A stretch of DNA of 63,976 bases, the filler included, from Sandaracinaceae bacterium (lineage in GTDB: Bacteria; Myxococcota_A; Polyangia; Polyangiales; JADJQN01), in NCBI GenBank assembly GCA_947483975.1. It is 3 parts of 3 records of this genome, joined end to end, with 100 filler letters (N's around TTAATTAATTAA, not from the genome) between each part and the next. Parts side by side here need not be neighbours in the genome. Positions count along the whole stretch, not along the records: positions 1 to 24,132 come from CANKOL010000037.1; 2 more parts are not named here. One strand, given 5' to 3'. How positions within the stretch are numbered: position 1 is the first letter of the stretch; every line of letters starts with the position of its first letter. The notes under the pieces were generated by a model. That model saw nothing but the letters and a program-made list of their open reading frames with translations, made no database searches and was not told the origin of the DNA. Positions 1 through 9,904 of this stretch are shown one piece after another. Made by a program: the position numbers and the translations under genes.

Positions 1-132
1 CGCAGGTCAGGCGGCAGAAGCAGTCGCTGATCGATGTCGTACGGCAGGTAGCCCTTCGCCATGCGCCATCAAATACGGCCCGCGATCCAGATGTCGATCC
101 CCGGCGCGACTATTTGCCCGACACGCACCTAG
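1..132 (-). mobile_element. Left end of an IS1182-family element; transposase starts at 62 and runs off the window
   Basis: Minus strand from 62 reads MAKGYLPYDIDQRLLLPPDL, like IS1182/DUF772 transposase N-termini; candidate end CTAGGTGCGTGTCGGGCAAA at 113-132. Confidence 0.7.
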
Positions 133-257
133 AGCAGGTCAGGCGCCTCGAGCGCGAAGGGATCGACGAGCGCAGACGCCGCCTCCTCGAACGAGACGCC
201 GTGCTTCGCCTCGTTCGCTTGAGGACGAACCTCCCACCGCGTCCGAGAAGCGCGCGA

Positions 258-563
258 TTATGCGCGCCCGCTCCAGTAGCCCGGCTCGCGCCGGGTATGC
301 GCCACTGCGACGACGGCGCGCGTTCCGCCGACCGTCCCGACGATGATGAGAAATGGGAAACGTTTGAGGCCGAACGCGCGGTACTCGCGTGCGGGATCGA
401 GGCCAGCGATCGTTCGACCGCTTTGCGGAAACTGTGCGGCGCGCTCCACGCGCAGCCGAACCTCGTCGACGAACAACGAGCCGTACACCGGATGCTCGCG
501 CTCGTAGTTCGTGGCCGCCGCCTCGAGCTCATCGAGCGCCTCCGGCACGAACGGCAGGCGCAT
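258..563 (-). CDS. RelE/ParE-family type II toxin
   Basis: EALDELEAAATNYE...FPQSG...LKRFPFLII...VAVAHTRREPGYW pattern; overlaps the upstream antitoxin stop. Confidence 0.9.
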   Translation of the reverse strand: MRLPFVPEALDELEAAATNYEREHPVYGSLFVDEVRLRVERAAQFPQSGRTIAGLDPAREYRAFGLKRFPFLIIVGTVGGTRAVVAVAHTRREPGYWSGRA

Positions 564-793
564 CAGCGACCGAGCGCCGCTAGGAGCCGCGCGTCCACGG
601 CATCACCCGAGACGAGCTGCGACGCACCTCGCTCGACCGCCTCCACACGGCGGGCGAGCTCCGCTCGCCATGCGTCGGTCAGTGATGCCCCCGAAGCGTC
701 GAGGCTATCTTCCAGCGCCACGATGAGCTCCGCGCGCTCCTCCGACGGGAGCGCGAGCGCGTCCTCGAAGATCTTCTTCGCTGCCGAGGTCAT
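563..793 (-). CDS. Putative addiction module antitoxin (TIGR02574-like)
   Basis: ALALPSEERAELI..L.DSL...AWRAELARRVEAVERG; directly upstream of the ParE-like toxin. Confidence 0.9.
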   Translation of the reverse strand: MTSAAKKIFEDALALPSEERAELIVALEDSLDASGASLTDAWRAELARRVEAVERGASQLVSGDAVDARLLAALGR

Positions 794-849
794 ACCGCCA
801 TCGTAGCGGGCAGCGCGGCGGCTGGCCAGACGTGCCGGGCCTCAAACTG

Positions 850-917
850 CCGGGCCGACCGGCCTTCTCGCGCTTGAAGTCGCGGCGGAAGGCGGTCGTC
901 GTCTCAATCGGCCGCCT
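850..917 (-). pseudogene. YafQ-family toxin 5' remnant, start codon lost
   Basis: Reads (AGG)RPIETTTAFRRDFKREKAG, like YafQ N-termini MRTIE.TTAFKRDFKRE; similarity stops after ~22 codons. Confidence 0.65.
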
Positions 918-1053
918 TCAGCCTCGCCAAGAGCGACGCCGCGTCAGCGTGAGACCGAAGCGCCCCCGCGCGAGCCTCCTCGATCGCCGCCGCGGTCTTC
1001 GCGTTTGGGACGCGCGACTCGGAGGACGGCGGCTTCTTCGGCTTGGTCTTCAT
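904..1053 (-). CDS. RelB/DinJ-like antitoxin, C-terminal part only (short form or fragment)
   Basis: VPNAKTAAAIEEARAG..L...LLARLKAAD matches DinJ C-termini and overlaps the yafQ remnant. Confidence 0.6.
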   Translation of the reverse strand: MKTKPKKPPSSESRVPNAKTAAAIEEARAGALRSHADAASLLARLKAAD

Positions 1054-1171
1054 CTTGTGGTCGAGGTGAGCATAAGCCATGGACGTCGCTACCATGGCGC
1101 TCGTCGTCACTCACCGCGGGGAAGGCGCTGTGCCCAACGACGAGCACGCACCTTGAGGCAGTAGCAAGTCA

Positions 1172-3442
1172 TCACAGAAGCTCGACCTCGGTGAACATCG
1201 TGTGCTCGCCACCGTGAGTGATGTTCACCTGAATCGGGCTCGACGTCGGCGTGGTCAGCGTGATCGAGTACCACACGATCGTGGACCCCGTGCCAGTCGG
1301 GGCAAGCGTCCCGAGGACTGCGCCGGTCGTGGGGTTCACGAGATCTACGCGACTGGGAATGGTGATGCCGGCGACCGTGGTGGGCGCGATCGCGAGGCGC
1401 ACAGTCCTGACTACTCGCCCACCCAGCGGCGTGACGATGAAGCGTCCGTCGATGAATGGGGCCCACCCCACCCACGCGAGCCCGGTAGCGACTGAACAAC
1501 AGGTCACAATGCTCGTCCCGTCATTCAACTGACCGGTTCCGAGCGCAGCACTGTACGTGTCATCTGGATAACCTACGTTCGGCGCAACCACGTACTGATA
1601 CGTGAACGAGATCGGCCCCTCATTCATGCAAGTGCTGCTGCACCCATCCCCACTGACCAGATTCCCATCGTCACACGCCTCGCCGCGCGCTGCCTGCACG
1701 ATGCCATCGCCACAGCCGACGACGCACGCCCCACCGCTGCAGCCCAAGGTCGCGCTGCACGTAGCGGTCGTCGTGCTCGCCGTGCCGCGCGCGTTGCAGG
1801 TCACGACGTTGTTGCCGCTGCAGCTAACGGCGCTCGGCGTGCACACCCACGGCTGACACGACGTCGTCGCGGCGTCGCAGAAGGCGCTCCCCGCAGGGCA
1901 GTCGACGTAGGTCTCGCTCAGCCCGTCGAGCGCGCAGAGGAAGAGCCTCTCGGTCGCGCAGCGCGCCGTGCCGCCGGTGCAGATGCGCGTGCGACACGTC
2001 GCGCCCGTCGGCGAGTCCACGCAGGTCTGCGCGGCGCTGCAGTCGGTCACGAGCAGCCATGCTGAGCCGAGCGCGTTGCACTGCTGCACCTCGCCGGCGA
2101 CGCACTGGCTCACGGCGCCGGGCGTGCACACGCGCGAGTCGCAGCGGCCGCTGTTGCAGTAGGTGCCCGCGGGGCACGCGGTCGTCGTGCTCGAGGCGCC
2201 GCGCGCGTCGCACATCACGACGGAGTCGCGCGGCACGTTGCAGGTGAGCGCGCCGGGCACGCAGGCGCGCACAGTGCACGCCGCCGAGACGCCGCTGCCG
2301 GTGCAGAGCTGGCTGGTCGCGGCGCAGTCCGTCGTCGTGCGCGAGGTGCCCGTCGCGTTGCACTCGACGAGCACATCCCCGCTGCACGTGCGGCTCCCGG
2401 CGACGCAGGTCGTCGGAAAACACTCACCCGCGACGCAGGTGTCTGTGCCGCCGCAAGCCGTGACGCTGCCCCAGCTGAGCCCGTCAGCCGCACAGACCTG
2501 ATAGCCAGTCAGCGCGCACCGTCGGCTCGCGGGAGTGCAGAGTCGCGCGGTGCACGCGCCGCTCGCGCACGCGCAGCCGTACGGGTTCGCCGCGCACTCG
2601 GAGCGCGTCGCGCAGGGCTCGAAGGTCGCGCTCGCGCCGCGCGAGTCGCAGGTCAGGACGCCTTCGCCCTCGCACACCACCGACGACGGCGCGCACGCCT
2701 GCGCCGTGCAGGCGCCGGCGTTGCAGTATTGGGTCGCCGTGCACGTGGACTGCATCCGCTGCGTGCCAGTCGCGTCGCACACGAACGCCGTGTGATCATC
2801 GACGCAGCCAAGCTCGCCGGGCGTGCAGATCACGGGCGCGCACGCCGCCGTCGCGCCGGCGGCGACGCAGATGGAGCCCGTCGCGCACGTCTCGGTCGTC
2901 TGCGCGGTGCCGTCCGCGTTGCACGAGAGCACAGCGGTGCTGTCGGTGTTGCAGGCCTGCGTGCTGGCGTCGCAGACGATGGGGTCGATGGGCACACAGA
3001 CGAAGTGATCGCAGCGGAAGCCACCGGCGCAGTCGCCTGTCGTCGTGCACTCCTTCGTCGCGCACGCGCCGGTCGCCGTCACACAGTATTCGGTGGATTC
3101 ACAGGCGGAATCAGCGCGGCAGTAGAACGTGCAGACGTGATCGGTGCACGCCTCGTTGGTGGCGCAGTCCGCGACCGCGCTGCACTCGACGCAATAGCCC
3201 GCGGTCGAGTCGCAGACAGGCAACGACGAATCGCAGTCCGCCGAGGCTGTGCACGAGACGCGGCAGAGACCGCCGCGGCAGATCTGCCCGCCTCCGCAGT
3301 CTGCGTTACTCGCGCAGGACGTCACCGGACCGGCGTCGACGCCGGGCGCCGCCGGGGGCTTATCCGACCCGCACGCGCCCACAAGAGCGACCGTGAACAC
3401 TGCCATCAGCGCCCAACCGAAACGAAGCGCACGCGAACTCAT
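1172..3442 (-). CDS. Large cysteine-rich repeat lipoprotein with myxococcal Cys-rich (DUF4215-like) repeat and C-terminal beta-sandwich domain
   Basis: GGAGG RBS before ATG 3442; lipobox LVGAC; many C-x-C repeats; CGDGIVQAARGEACDDGNLVSGDGCSSTC motif. Confidence 0.85.
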   Translation of the reverse strand: MSSRALRFGWALMAVFTVALVGACGSDKPPAAPGVDAGPVTSCASNADCGGGQICRGGLCRVSCTASADCDSSLPVCDSTAGYCVECSAVADCATNEACTDHVCTFYCRADSACESTEYCVTATGACATKECTTTGDCAGGFRCDHFVCVPIDPIVCDASTQACNTDSTAVLSCNADGTAQTTETCATGSICVAAGATAACAPVICTPGELGCVDDHTAFVCDATGTQRMQSTCTATQYCNAGACTAQACAPSSVVCEGEGVLTCDSRGASATFEPCATRSECAANPYGCACASGACTARLCTPASRRCALTGYQVCAADGLSWGSVTACGGTDTCVAGECFPTTCVAGSRTCSGDVLVECNATGTSRTTTDCAATSQLCTGSGVSAACTVRACVPGALTCNVPRDSVVMCDARGASSTTTACPAGTYCNSGRCDSRVCTPGAVSQCVAGEVQQCNALGSAWLLVTDCSAAQTCVDSPTGATCRTRICTGGTARCATERLFLCALDGLSETYVDCPAGSAFCDAATTSCQPWVCTPSAVSCSGNNVVTCNARGTASTTTATCSATLGCSGGACVVGCGDGIVQAARGEACDDGNLVSGDGCSSTCMNEGPISFTYQYVVAPNVGYPDDTYSAALGTGQLNDGTSIVTCCSVATGLAWVGWAPFIDGRFIVTPLGGRVVRTVRLAIAPTTVAGITIPSRVDLVNPTTGAVLGTLAPTGTGSTIVWYSITLTTPTSSPIQVNITHGGEHTMFTEVELL

Positions 3443-3675
3443 GAGACCTCCAAAGTGATTGACTACGGGAGCTGCGAAACACGCGGGCGGCAGTCCGAGA
3501 CGCCTCCGGAGGCGGCCTGCCCCGCGCTCTCTGCGCAGTGACAACCGCGAACCCCGATGCTCGTCGCGGGACCGACCCGCCGACACAGCACCCATTGATG
3601 ATTGCCGATCTAACCCAATGGGTTCTTTCGCGTCAACCCTTTCCGACGTCTCGTACCGGCGACCGCGAACAGGCG

Positions 3676-4050
3676 ATGCCGCACAAGCCCGAGGACAAAG
3701 AGGAGGCCGACGCGCTCAGGCGCGCGCTGGGCAAGCGGGTGCGCGCCGCGCGGGAGGCGCGCGCTTGGTCGCAGGAGGCGCTCGCCGAGGAGATCGGCGT
3801 CGGCGGCGTGATGCTCGGGCGCTACGAGCGGGGCGAGAAGTTCCCGAGCCACCTCACGCTGCTCCGCCTCGCGGAGGCGCTCGGCACGACGACGGACGCG
3901 CTGCTCGGCGTGCCCGCCGCCGCGCGCGCACGACCGCTCGACGAGGCCAGCCTGCTCCGCGCCTTGCGGCGCCTCAGCGAGCCACAGCGCGCGGCGATCG
4001 GCGCGCTGATCAGCGCGCTCGCGGCGGCGCCTCGCGCCAAGCGACGGTGA
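3676..4050 (+). CDS. XRE-family helix-turn-helix regulator
   Basis: LGKRVRAAREARAWSQEALAEEIGV....LGRYERGEKFPSHLTLLRLAEALG; divergent from the lipoprotein gene. Confidence 0.9.
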   Translation: MPHKPEDKEEADALRRALGKRVRAAREARAWSQEALAEEIGVGGVMLGRYERGEKFPSHLTLLRLAEALGTTTDALLGVPAAARARPLDEASLLRALRRLSEPQRAAIGALISALAAAPRAKRR

Positions 4051-4227
4051 GCCAACTGCCGCCCATCGCTCGCTCGTGAGCGCAGGGCGAGGTCTCGACC
4101 GTCATCGCCTTCGTCGACGCGTAGCTGCCATCGAGGGCTGCGCGTCTGTGTTCGCTTCCGAGCTAGCGAGTCCGATGGTCAGTGCTGTGCCGGCGCTTCC
4201 CAACCAGCGGACCCGCTCGGCCTGACG

Positions 4228-4284
4228 TCAGGGCTCGACGACCTTCGGGGTCGCGCCGAGGCGCCTCGCCGCCTCCGCGATCAT
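4228..4284 (-). pseudogene. Probable internally deleted VapC/PIN toxin remnant (18 codons)
   Basis: ATG overlaps the antitoxin stop (ATGA); reads MIAEAARRLGATPKVVEP*, i.e. a VapC-like start MIA without the DTN motif. Confidence 0.45.
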
Positions 4285-4529
4285 CGCCGCTCCCGCGCGC
4301 CGCGGCGGATGGCAGCGCTCATCTCGTCGAGCGTCTTGGGGCGGCCCTGGTATTGCCCACAGCCGACGAGGTCGTCGAGCGTCGCGGCGTCGGTCGCGCG
4401 CACCAGCTGCAGGAGCACGCCGCCCGGGACCTCGAGGACCTCCACCTCCGCGCCCTCCACCATCCCACGCGCCTCACGAACAACGCGCGGGAGCACGAGC
4501 TGCCCCTTCGTGGAAATGCGGACTCTCAT
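4281..4529 (-). CDS. AbrB/MazE/SpoVT-family antitoxin
   Basis: MRVRISTKGQLVLPRVVRE..G...G.EVEV motif and C-terminal KTLDEMSAAIRRGA. Confidence 0.9.
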   Translation of the reverse strand: MRVRISTKGQLVLPRVVREARGMVEGAEVEVLEVPGGVLLQLVRATDAATLDDLVGCGQYQGRPKTLDEMSAAIRRGARERR

Positions 4530-4637
4530 CGGCTCACGCTCCTCGAGTAAGACGAGAGTGAGACAGGAGCGTCTATGGGACAAGCAACCGCGCCTTCAGC
4601 GGCGTCCTCTCCCCCACGCTGCGCAAACCGCGTCCGC

Positions 4638-4668
4638 TCGCCCCTCTCCCGTCGAGGGAGAGGGGCGA
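4638..4668. repeat. Perfect 13-bp-stem palindrome (REP-like or terminator downstream of htpG)
   Basis: TCGCCCCTCTCCC-GTCGA-GGGAGAGGGGCGA. Confidence 0.75.
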
Positions 4669-4716
4669 ACGCGCCCGGCGAAACCGGTGCGGGGGTGAGG
4701 ATGCCGTGCGCCGCGC

Positions 4717-6711
4717 CTACGCCCGGCTGACCGACTCGACGAGCAGCTCGCCCATCGCGCGCGCGAGCTCCGCGGGGTTCTCGGGCGGGCTGCCCTCGGC
4801 GAGGAGCGCCTGCGCGTAGACGAGGTCGATGAAGCGGTGGAGCGCCGGCTCATCGGCGCTCTTACCCGCGAGCGCGACGAGACCCGTGACGAGCGGGTGC
4901 TCGGCGTTCAGCTCGAGGACGCGCTTCGGCTTCGGCGCGTCGGGCTGGCTCGCGCGCAACAGGCGCTCGAGGTGCGGCGGCAGGCCGCCTGCGGGCGACA
5001 CCAGGCACGCGGGCGAGTCGCTGAGGCGCGTCGAGACGCGCACCTCCGAGACGTGCTCCGCGAGCCGCGCGCGCATCGCGTCACGGAGCGCCTTCGTGTG
5101 CTCGTCTTGCTCGGTCTTCTTCGCGGCGTCGACCTCGCCCTCGGCCTCCCCGCCGGCCTTGGACGCGTCGACGAGCGGCGTGCCCTCGACCTCGTGCAGC
5201 CCGTGCACGGCCCAACCATCGACCGGATCCGTCATCAGCACGACCTCGAGGTCGCGCTTCTTCAGGCCCTCGATCAGCGGGCTCTGCGTCAGCTGCGCGC
5301 GCGACTCGCCGAGCGCGTAATAGAGGGACTTCTGCCCCTCCTTCATGCGCGACTTCACCTCGAACAGGCTCGTCAAGCCGTCGCTCTTCGTCGTCTCGTA
5401 GCGCAGCAAAGGGAGCAGCTTCTTCGCCTGCTCGGGCTCGAAGTGCAGCCCCTCCTTGAACACCGCGCCGAACGTCTTCCAGAAGAGCGCGTAGTCGTCC
5501 GGGCGCTCCTTCGCGACCTCGCTCAGCAAGTCCAACACAGCTTTGACGACCTGCCCGCGGATCGTCTTCGTGAGTCGCGAGTCCTGCAGCAGCTCGCGAC
5601 TGACGTTGAGCGGCAGATCCTCACTGTCGACGACGCCGCGCACGAAGCGCAGCCACTTCGGCACGAGCGCGTCGGCGTCCTCCATGATGAAGACGCGCTT
5701 CACGTGCAGGCGCAGCCCGTGCTTGGAGTCGGGCGAAAAGAGATCGTTCGGCGCGCGGCGCGGGATGAACACGACGCCGCTGAACTCGGTCGTCCCCTCG
5801 ATCTTGAAGTGCCGATACGCGAGCGGCGGCTCCCAGTCGTGCGAGAGGTGCTGATAGAGCTCTTCGTATTGCTCCTTCGTCACCTCCTTCGGTGAGCGCT
5901 GCCAGAGCGCGGTGCCCTTGTTGACGCGCCGATACGCGGGCTCGGGCTCGACCGGCGCCGCCTCCGCAGACTCGCCCTCTGCGGGCTTGCTCTCGTCAGC
6001 GTCGTCGTCCTCTGCCTTGCTCGGCTCGTTCCGGAGCTCGATCGGCCAGCTGAGGTAGTCGCTGTACGCGCGCACGAGCCGCTCGAGCTCCCAGCCCTTC
6101 AGGTACTCGAGGTGCTCGTCCTTGAGGTGCAGCACGACTGAGGTGCCCTGCTCCGCGCGCGTCGCGGGCTCGAGGCGGAACGTGCCCTGCCCGTCGGACG
6201 ACCACCTCCACGCGTCCTCCGTGCCCGCCGCGCGGCTGATCACCTCGACGTGATCGGCGACGAGGAACGAGCTGTAGAAGCCGACGCCGAACTGGCCGAT
6301 CTGGCTGACGCCGCTCTTCTGCGCCGCCTCGAGCCGCGCGAGGAACTCGCGGGTGCCGCTCTTGGCGATCGTGCCGAGGTTCTTCTGAAGCTCCTCCTTC
6401 GACATCCCGACGCCGTTGTCGGCGAGCGTCAGCGTCTTCTGCGCCTCGTCCGGATCGAGGCGGACGCCGAGGGCGGTGCCCTCCGCGACGAGGTGCGTCT
6501 CGGTCAGGGCGCGAAAGCGCAGCTTGTCGAGCGCGTCGGACGCGTTCGAGATCAGCTCGCGGAGGAAGATCTCCTTGTTCGAGTAGAGCGAGTTGATGAC
6601 GAGCCGCAGGACGGCGTCGACCTCCGCCTCGAAGCGGTGCTCCTCGGGAGGCACCGCGCTCTCGGCGGACGGACTCTGAACGGGCGGGCTCTGAACAGGC
6701 GAGTTCTCCAT
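4717..6711 (-). CDS. htpG: Molecular chaperone HtpG (Hsp90)
   Basis: SLYSNKEIFLRELISNASDALDKLR, NLGTIAKSGT, IGQFGVGFYS, GVVDSEDLPLNVSRELLQ. Confidence 0.98.
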   Translation of the reverse strand: MENSPVQSPPVQSPSAESAVPPEEHRFEAEVDAVLRLVINSLYSNKEIFLRELISNASDALDKLRFRALTETHLVAEGTALGVRLDPDEAQKTLTLADNGVGMSKEELQKNLGTIAKSGTREFLARLEAAQKSGVSQIGQFGVGFYSSFLVADHVEVISRAAGTEDAWRWSSDGQGTFRLEPATRAEQGTSVVLHLKDEHLEYLKGWELERLVRAYSDYLSWPIELRNEPSKAEDDDADESKPAEGESAEAAPVEPEPAYRRVNKGTALWQRSPKEVTKEQYEELYQHLSHDWEPPLAYRHFKIEGTTEFSGVVFIPRRAPNDLFSPDSKHGLRLHVKRVFIMEDADALVPKWLRFVRGVVDSEDLPLNVSRELLQDSRLTKTIRGQVVKAVLDLLSEVAKERPDDYALFWKTFGAVFKEGLHFEPEQAKKLLPLLRYETTKSDGLTSLFEVKSRMKEGQKSLYYALGESRAQLTQSPLIEGLKKRDLEVVLMTDPVDGWAVHGLHEVEGTPLVDASKAGGEAEGEVDAAKKTEQDEHTKALRDAMRARLAEHVSEVRVSTRLSDSPACLVSPAGGLPPHLERLLRASQPDAPKPKRVLELNAEHPLVTGLVALAGKSADEPALHRFIDLVYAQALLAEGSPPENPAELARAMGELLVESVSRA

Positions 6712-7061
6712 CGGGAACGGGCTCCTCGCTGGCCGAAACGTGGAAGGTGGCCAGCAGCGGGCGGCACCATGCGCACGCGCGCGGGGCCGTCAAGGCAGCG
6801 CGGGGGGCCGGCGGACGAGAGGCGACACGTCGGCTGCCGTCCCACACGGCTGCGACCGAGAGGCAAGCCCAGATGCAGGACTCGTCACGCGCGGTCTGGC
6901 AAGTCGCCGCTGGGTGCATACCTCGCGTGCTCCGTGAGGGTGCTATCGGCGTGACGAGCGTGGGATCCGAGCCTAAGTGATGGGCCTCCCCGGGTCGGCC
7001 GAGACGAGCCCGCCAACGCCACACCCAACCGTCCCTCCCCTCCCCGGAGGGACACCTGCTG

Positions 7062-8390
7062 ATGGAGACGACTGTGACCGCACTCAAGACGAAACTGCTG
7101 GCCAAGATCGAGGAGCATCGTCCGCGCACCACCAAGCTCACCAAGGAGTTTGGCAAGGTCGTCATCGATGAGGTGACCATCGACCAGTGCATCGGCGGGG
7201 CGCGCGACGTGCGCTGTCTCGTCACGGACATCTCCTACCTCGATCCGCAGGAGGGCATCCGCTTCCGCGGCAAGAACATCCCGGAGACCTTCGCCGCCCT
7301 GCCGAAGCTCGATGGCGCCGAGTACCCGACGGTCGAGTCGTTCTGGTACTTCATGCTGACGGGCGACATCCCGACGGCCGAGGAGGCCGAGGAGGTCCGC
7401 CTCGACTTCAAGGCGCGCGCGAAGGTGCCCGCGTACGTGTTCGACATCCTGAAGGCGATGCCGAAGCAGGCGCACCCGATGGCCATGCTCTCGACCGCCG
7501 TGCTCGCCCTCGAGCAGGAGAGCAAGTTCGCCGCCGGCTACCAGAGCGGCATGAAGAAGCCCGACTACTGGGACCCGATGTACGAGGACTCGTGCGACCT
7601 CCTCGCCAAGCTCCCCGAGATCGCGGCCTTCATCTACCGCTGGAAGTACAAGAACGGCGACATCATCGCGCCGAACTACGACCTCGATCTCGGCGCCAAC
7701 TTCGCCCACATGATGGGCATCGCGAAGCCGTACGACGACGTCGCGCGCATGTACTTCATCCTCCACAGCGACCACGAGAGCGGCAACGTCAGCGCGCACG
7801 CGACGCACCTCGTCGCCTCGACGCTCTCGGACGCGTACTACGCGTTCAGCGCCGGCCTCAACGGCCTCGCCGGTCCGCTCCACGGCCTCGCGAACCAGGA
7901 GGTCCTCACCTGGATCAAGGAGTTCGAGGGCAAGCTCGAGGGCGCTGAGCCGACCGAGGAGAACGTCACGAAGGCGCTCTGGGACACCCTCAAGGCCGGT
8001 AAGGTCATCCCGGGCTACGGGCACGCGGTCCTTCGCAAGACCGACCCGCGCTACACGTCGCAGATGGAGTTCTGCGAGAAGCACCTCCCGAACGACAAGC
8101 TCTTCAAGCTCGTCAACACGATCTACAAGGTCGCGCCGGGCGTGCTCACGGAGCAGGGCAAGACCAAGAACCCGTGGCCGAACGTCGACGCGCAGAGCGG
8201 CGTCATTCAGTGGCATTACGGCCTCACGGAGTACGACTTCTACACCGTGCTCTTCGGCGTCGGCCGCGCGATCGGCGTCCTCGCCAACATCACCTGGGAC
8301 CGCGCCCTCGGCTACGCGCTCGAGCGTCCGAAGTCGGTCACGACCGGCATGCTCGAGGAGTGGGCGGCGGCGGGCGGCCGCAAGGGCTGA
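7062..8390 (+). CDS. gltA: Citrate (Si)-synthase, eukaryote-like type
   Basis: HSDHESGNVSAH, GLAGPLHGLANQEV, PGYGHAVLRKTDPRY, NPWPNVDAQSG. Confidence 0.96.
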   Translation: METTVTALKTKLLAKIEEHRPRTTKLTKEFGKVVIDEVTIDQCIGGARDVRCLVTDISYLDPQEGIRFRGKNIPETFAALPKLDGAEYPTVESFWYFMLTGDIPTAEEAEEVRLDFKARAKVPAYVFDILKAMPKQAHPMAMLSTAVLALEQESKFAAGYQSGMKKPDYWDPMYEDSCDLLAKLPEIAAFIYRWKYKNGDIIAPNYDLDLGANFAHMMGIAKPYDDVARMYFILHSDHESGNVSAHATHLVASTLSDAYYAFSAGLNGLAGPLHGLANQEVLTWIKEFEGKLEGAEPTEENVTKALWDTLKAGKVIPGYGHAVLRKTDPRYTSQMEFCEKHLPNDKLFKLVNTIYKVAPGVLTEQGKTKNPWPNVDAQSGVIQWHYGLTEYDFYTVLFGVGRAIGVLANITWDRALGYALERPKSVTTGMLEEWAAAGGRKG

Positions 8391-8444
8391 GCGTCACTGA
8401 CTGAGTAGAGGGGCTGCGCGAGCGGCCCTTCGTTCACCCGGAAG

Positions 8445-8466
8445 AGGCCGCGAAAGCGGCCTTTTT
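8445..8466 (+). terminator. Intrinsic terminator after gltA
   Basis: AGGCCGC-GAAA-GCGGCCT followed by a T run. Confidence 0.9.
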
Positions 8467-8503
8467 CGCGTCTGGAGCGCCGAGCGCGATTCAGCGCGGC
8501 ACT

Positions 8504-9250
8504 TCAGCTCGACGCGGGGTCGAGCAGCGCGAGCACCTGCGCGAGGCTCTGCGCGAGGCCGTTCTCTGCCGCGCGCGCGATCTCGCTCGGGACGCTCTTG
8601 CGGGCGACGGGCATGGGCGCGGCCGCGCCTTGGCTCTCGAGCGTGCGGCGAATCTGCGCGCGCGCCTCGTGGACGCGCCAGGCGATCGTGCCCTCGGTCG
8701 TCTCGAGCACGACGGCCGCCTCCTTGTGCGAGAGGCCCTGCAGCGTCGTCAGCACGACGGTCGTGCGCAGCACCGGCGAGAGGCGATCGAAGGCGCCGAC
8801 GAGGAGCGCGTACGTCTCGCGCAGCTCCACGACGCGCCTCGGATCGCCGCCGGCGTCGAGCTTGGCGGCGATCTCGACGCGCGCGTCCTCGAGGTCGACC
8901 GTCGGGCGGCGCTTCCGGTCGCGCTTGACGTTGAGCGCGCGGTGGAGCGCGATCCGGTAGAGCCAGGTGAAGAATTCGCTGCGCCCCTCGAAGGCGTCGA
9001 GGTTGCGATACGCCCGCAAGAAGGCGTCCTGCGTGATGTCGTCGGCGTCGCTGCGGGAGCCCGTCAGGTGGAGCGCGAGCGCGAAGATGCGCGGGCGGTA
9101 GCGGCGCACGAGGTGAGAGAACGCGCGCGCGTCACCGCGCTTGGCCGCCTCGACGAGGACGTTCGCCTCGCGGGCTCGTAGCTCTGCGTCGCTCAGCGGC
9201 GGGGCTGGGCTCGGCGGCGGCAAAGGTGGAAAGACGCGACTGCTCGACAT
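8504..9250 (-). CDS. ECF RNA polymerase sigma factor
   Basis: DADDITQDAFLRAYRNL..FEGRSEFFTWLYRIA (region 2); GLSHKEAAVVLETTEGTIAWRVHEAR (region 4). Confidence 0.93.
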   Translation of the reverse strand: MSSSRVFPPLPPPSPAPPLSDAELRAREANVLVEAAKRGDARAFSHLVRRYRPRIFALALHLTGSRSDADDITQDAFLRAYRNLDAFEGRSEFFTWLYRIALHRALNVKRDRKRRPTVDLEDARVEIAAKLDAGGDPRRVVELRETYALLVGAFDRLSPVLRTTVVLTTLQGLSHKEAAVVLETTEGTIAWRVHEARAQIRRTLESQGAAAPMPVARKSVPSEIARAAENGLAQSLAQVLALLDPASS

Positions 9251-9299
9251 GACTGCTTGGAATCATGCCAAGCCTCGCGCCTTGGGTAAAGAGCGGTGC

Positions 9300-9839
9300 T
9301 CAGCCCTTCGACCAAGCCGACTTCGAGCGATACGCGTGCAGCGCCTCGCGGACGACCTCGAGCGCGCGCTTGGCGTCGTACATCCCGTCGACGACGCTCA
9401 TCTTGTGCTCGAGCACCTTGTAATCCTCGAAGAAACGCCCGATCTCGAGGGTGACGTGCGGCGGGATCTCGGAGACGTCGCGGTAGTGCGAGAACGCGGG
9501 ATCGTCGACGGCGACGGCGATGATCTTGTCGTCGATGCCCTTGTCGTCGCGCATCGCGAAGCCGCCGACGGCGCGGACGCGGATGATCGTCAGCGGCACG
9601 ACGGGCTCCTGCATCAGCACGAGGATGTCGAGCGGGTCGCCGTCGTCGGCGTGCGACTGCGGGAGAAAGCCGTAGTTCGCCGGGTAGTGCACCGACGAGT
9701 AGAGGACGCGGTCGAGCATCAGCATCCCGGTACGCTTGTCGATCTCGTACTTGAGCTTGCTGCCCTTCGGGATCTCGACGACGGCGGGGAAGAACTCTTC
9801 GATCGCGTCGGGGACGAGGATGTCGTGGAGCGGATGCAT
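9300..9839 (-). CDS. ppa: Inorganic pyrophosphatase
   Basis: [30 protein letters not shown]. Confidence 0.97.
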   Translation of the reverse strand: MHPLHDILVPDAIEEFFPAVVEIPKGSKLKYEIDKRTGMLMLDRVLYSSVHYPANYGFLPQSHADDGDPLDILVLMQEPVVPLTIIRVRAVGGFAMRDDKGIDDKIIAVAVDDPAFSHYRDVSEIPPHVTLEIGRFFEDYKVLEHKMSVVDGMYDAKRALEVVREALHAYRSKSAWSKG

Positions 9840-9904
9840 CGGGGTCGAAGATGGGCGGCGCGGCGCGCGGCGTCAAAGAGCGCGTGTGCGCTATACCGCT
9901 GCGT

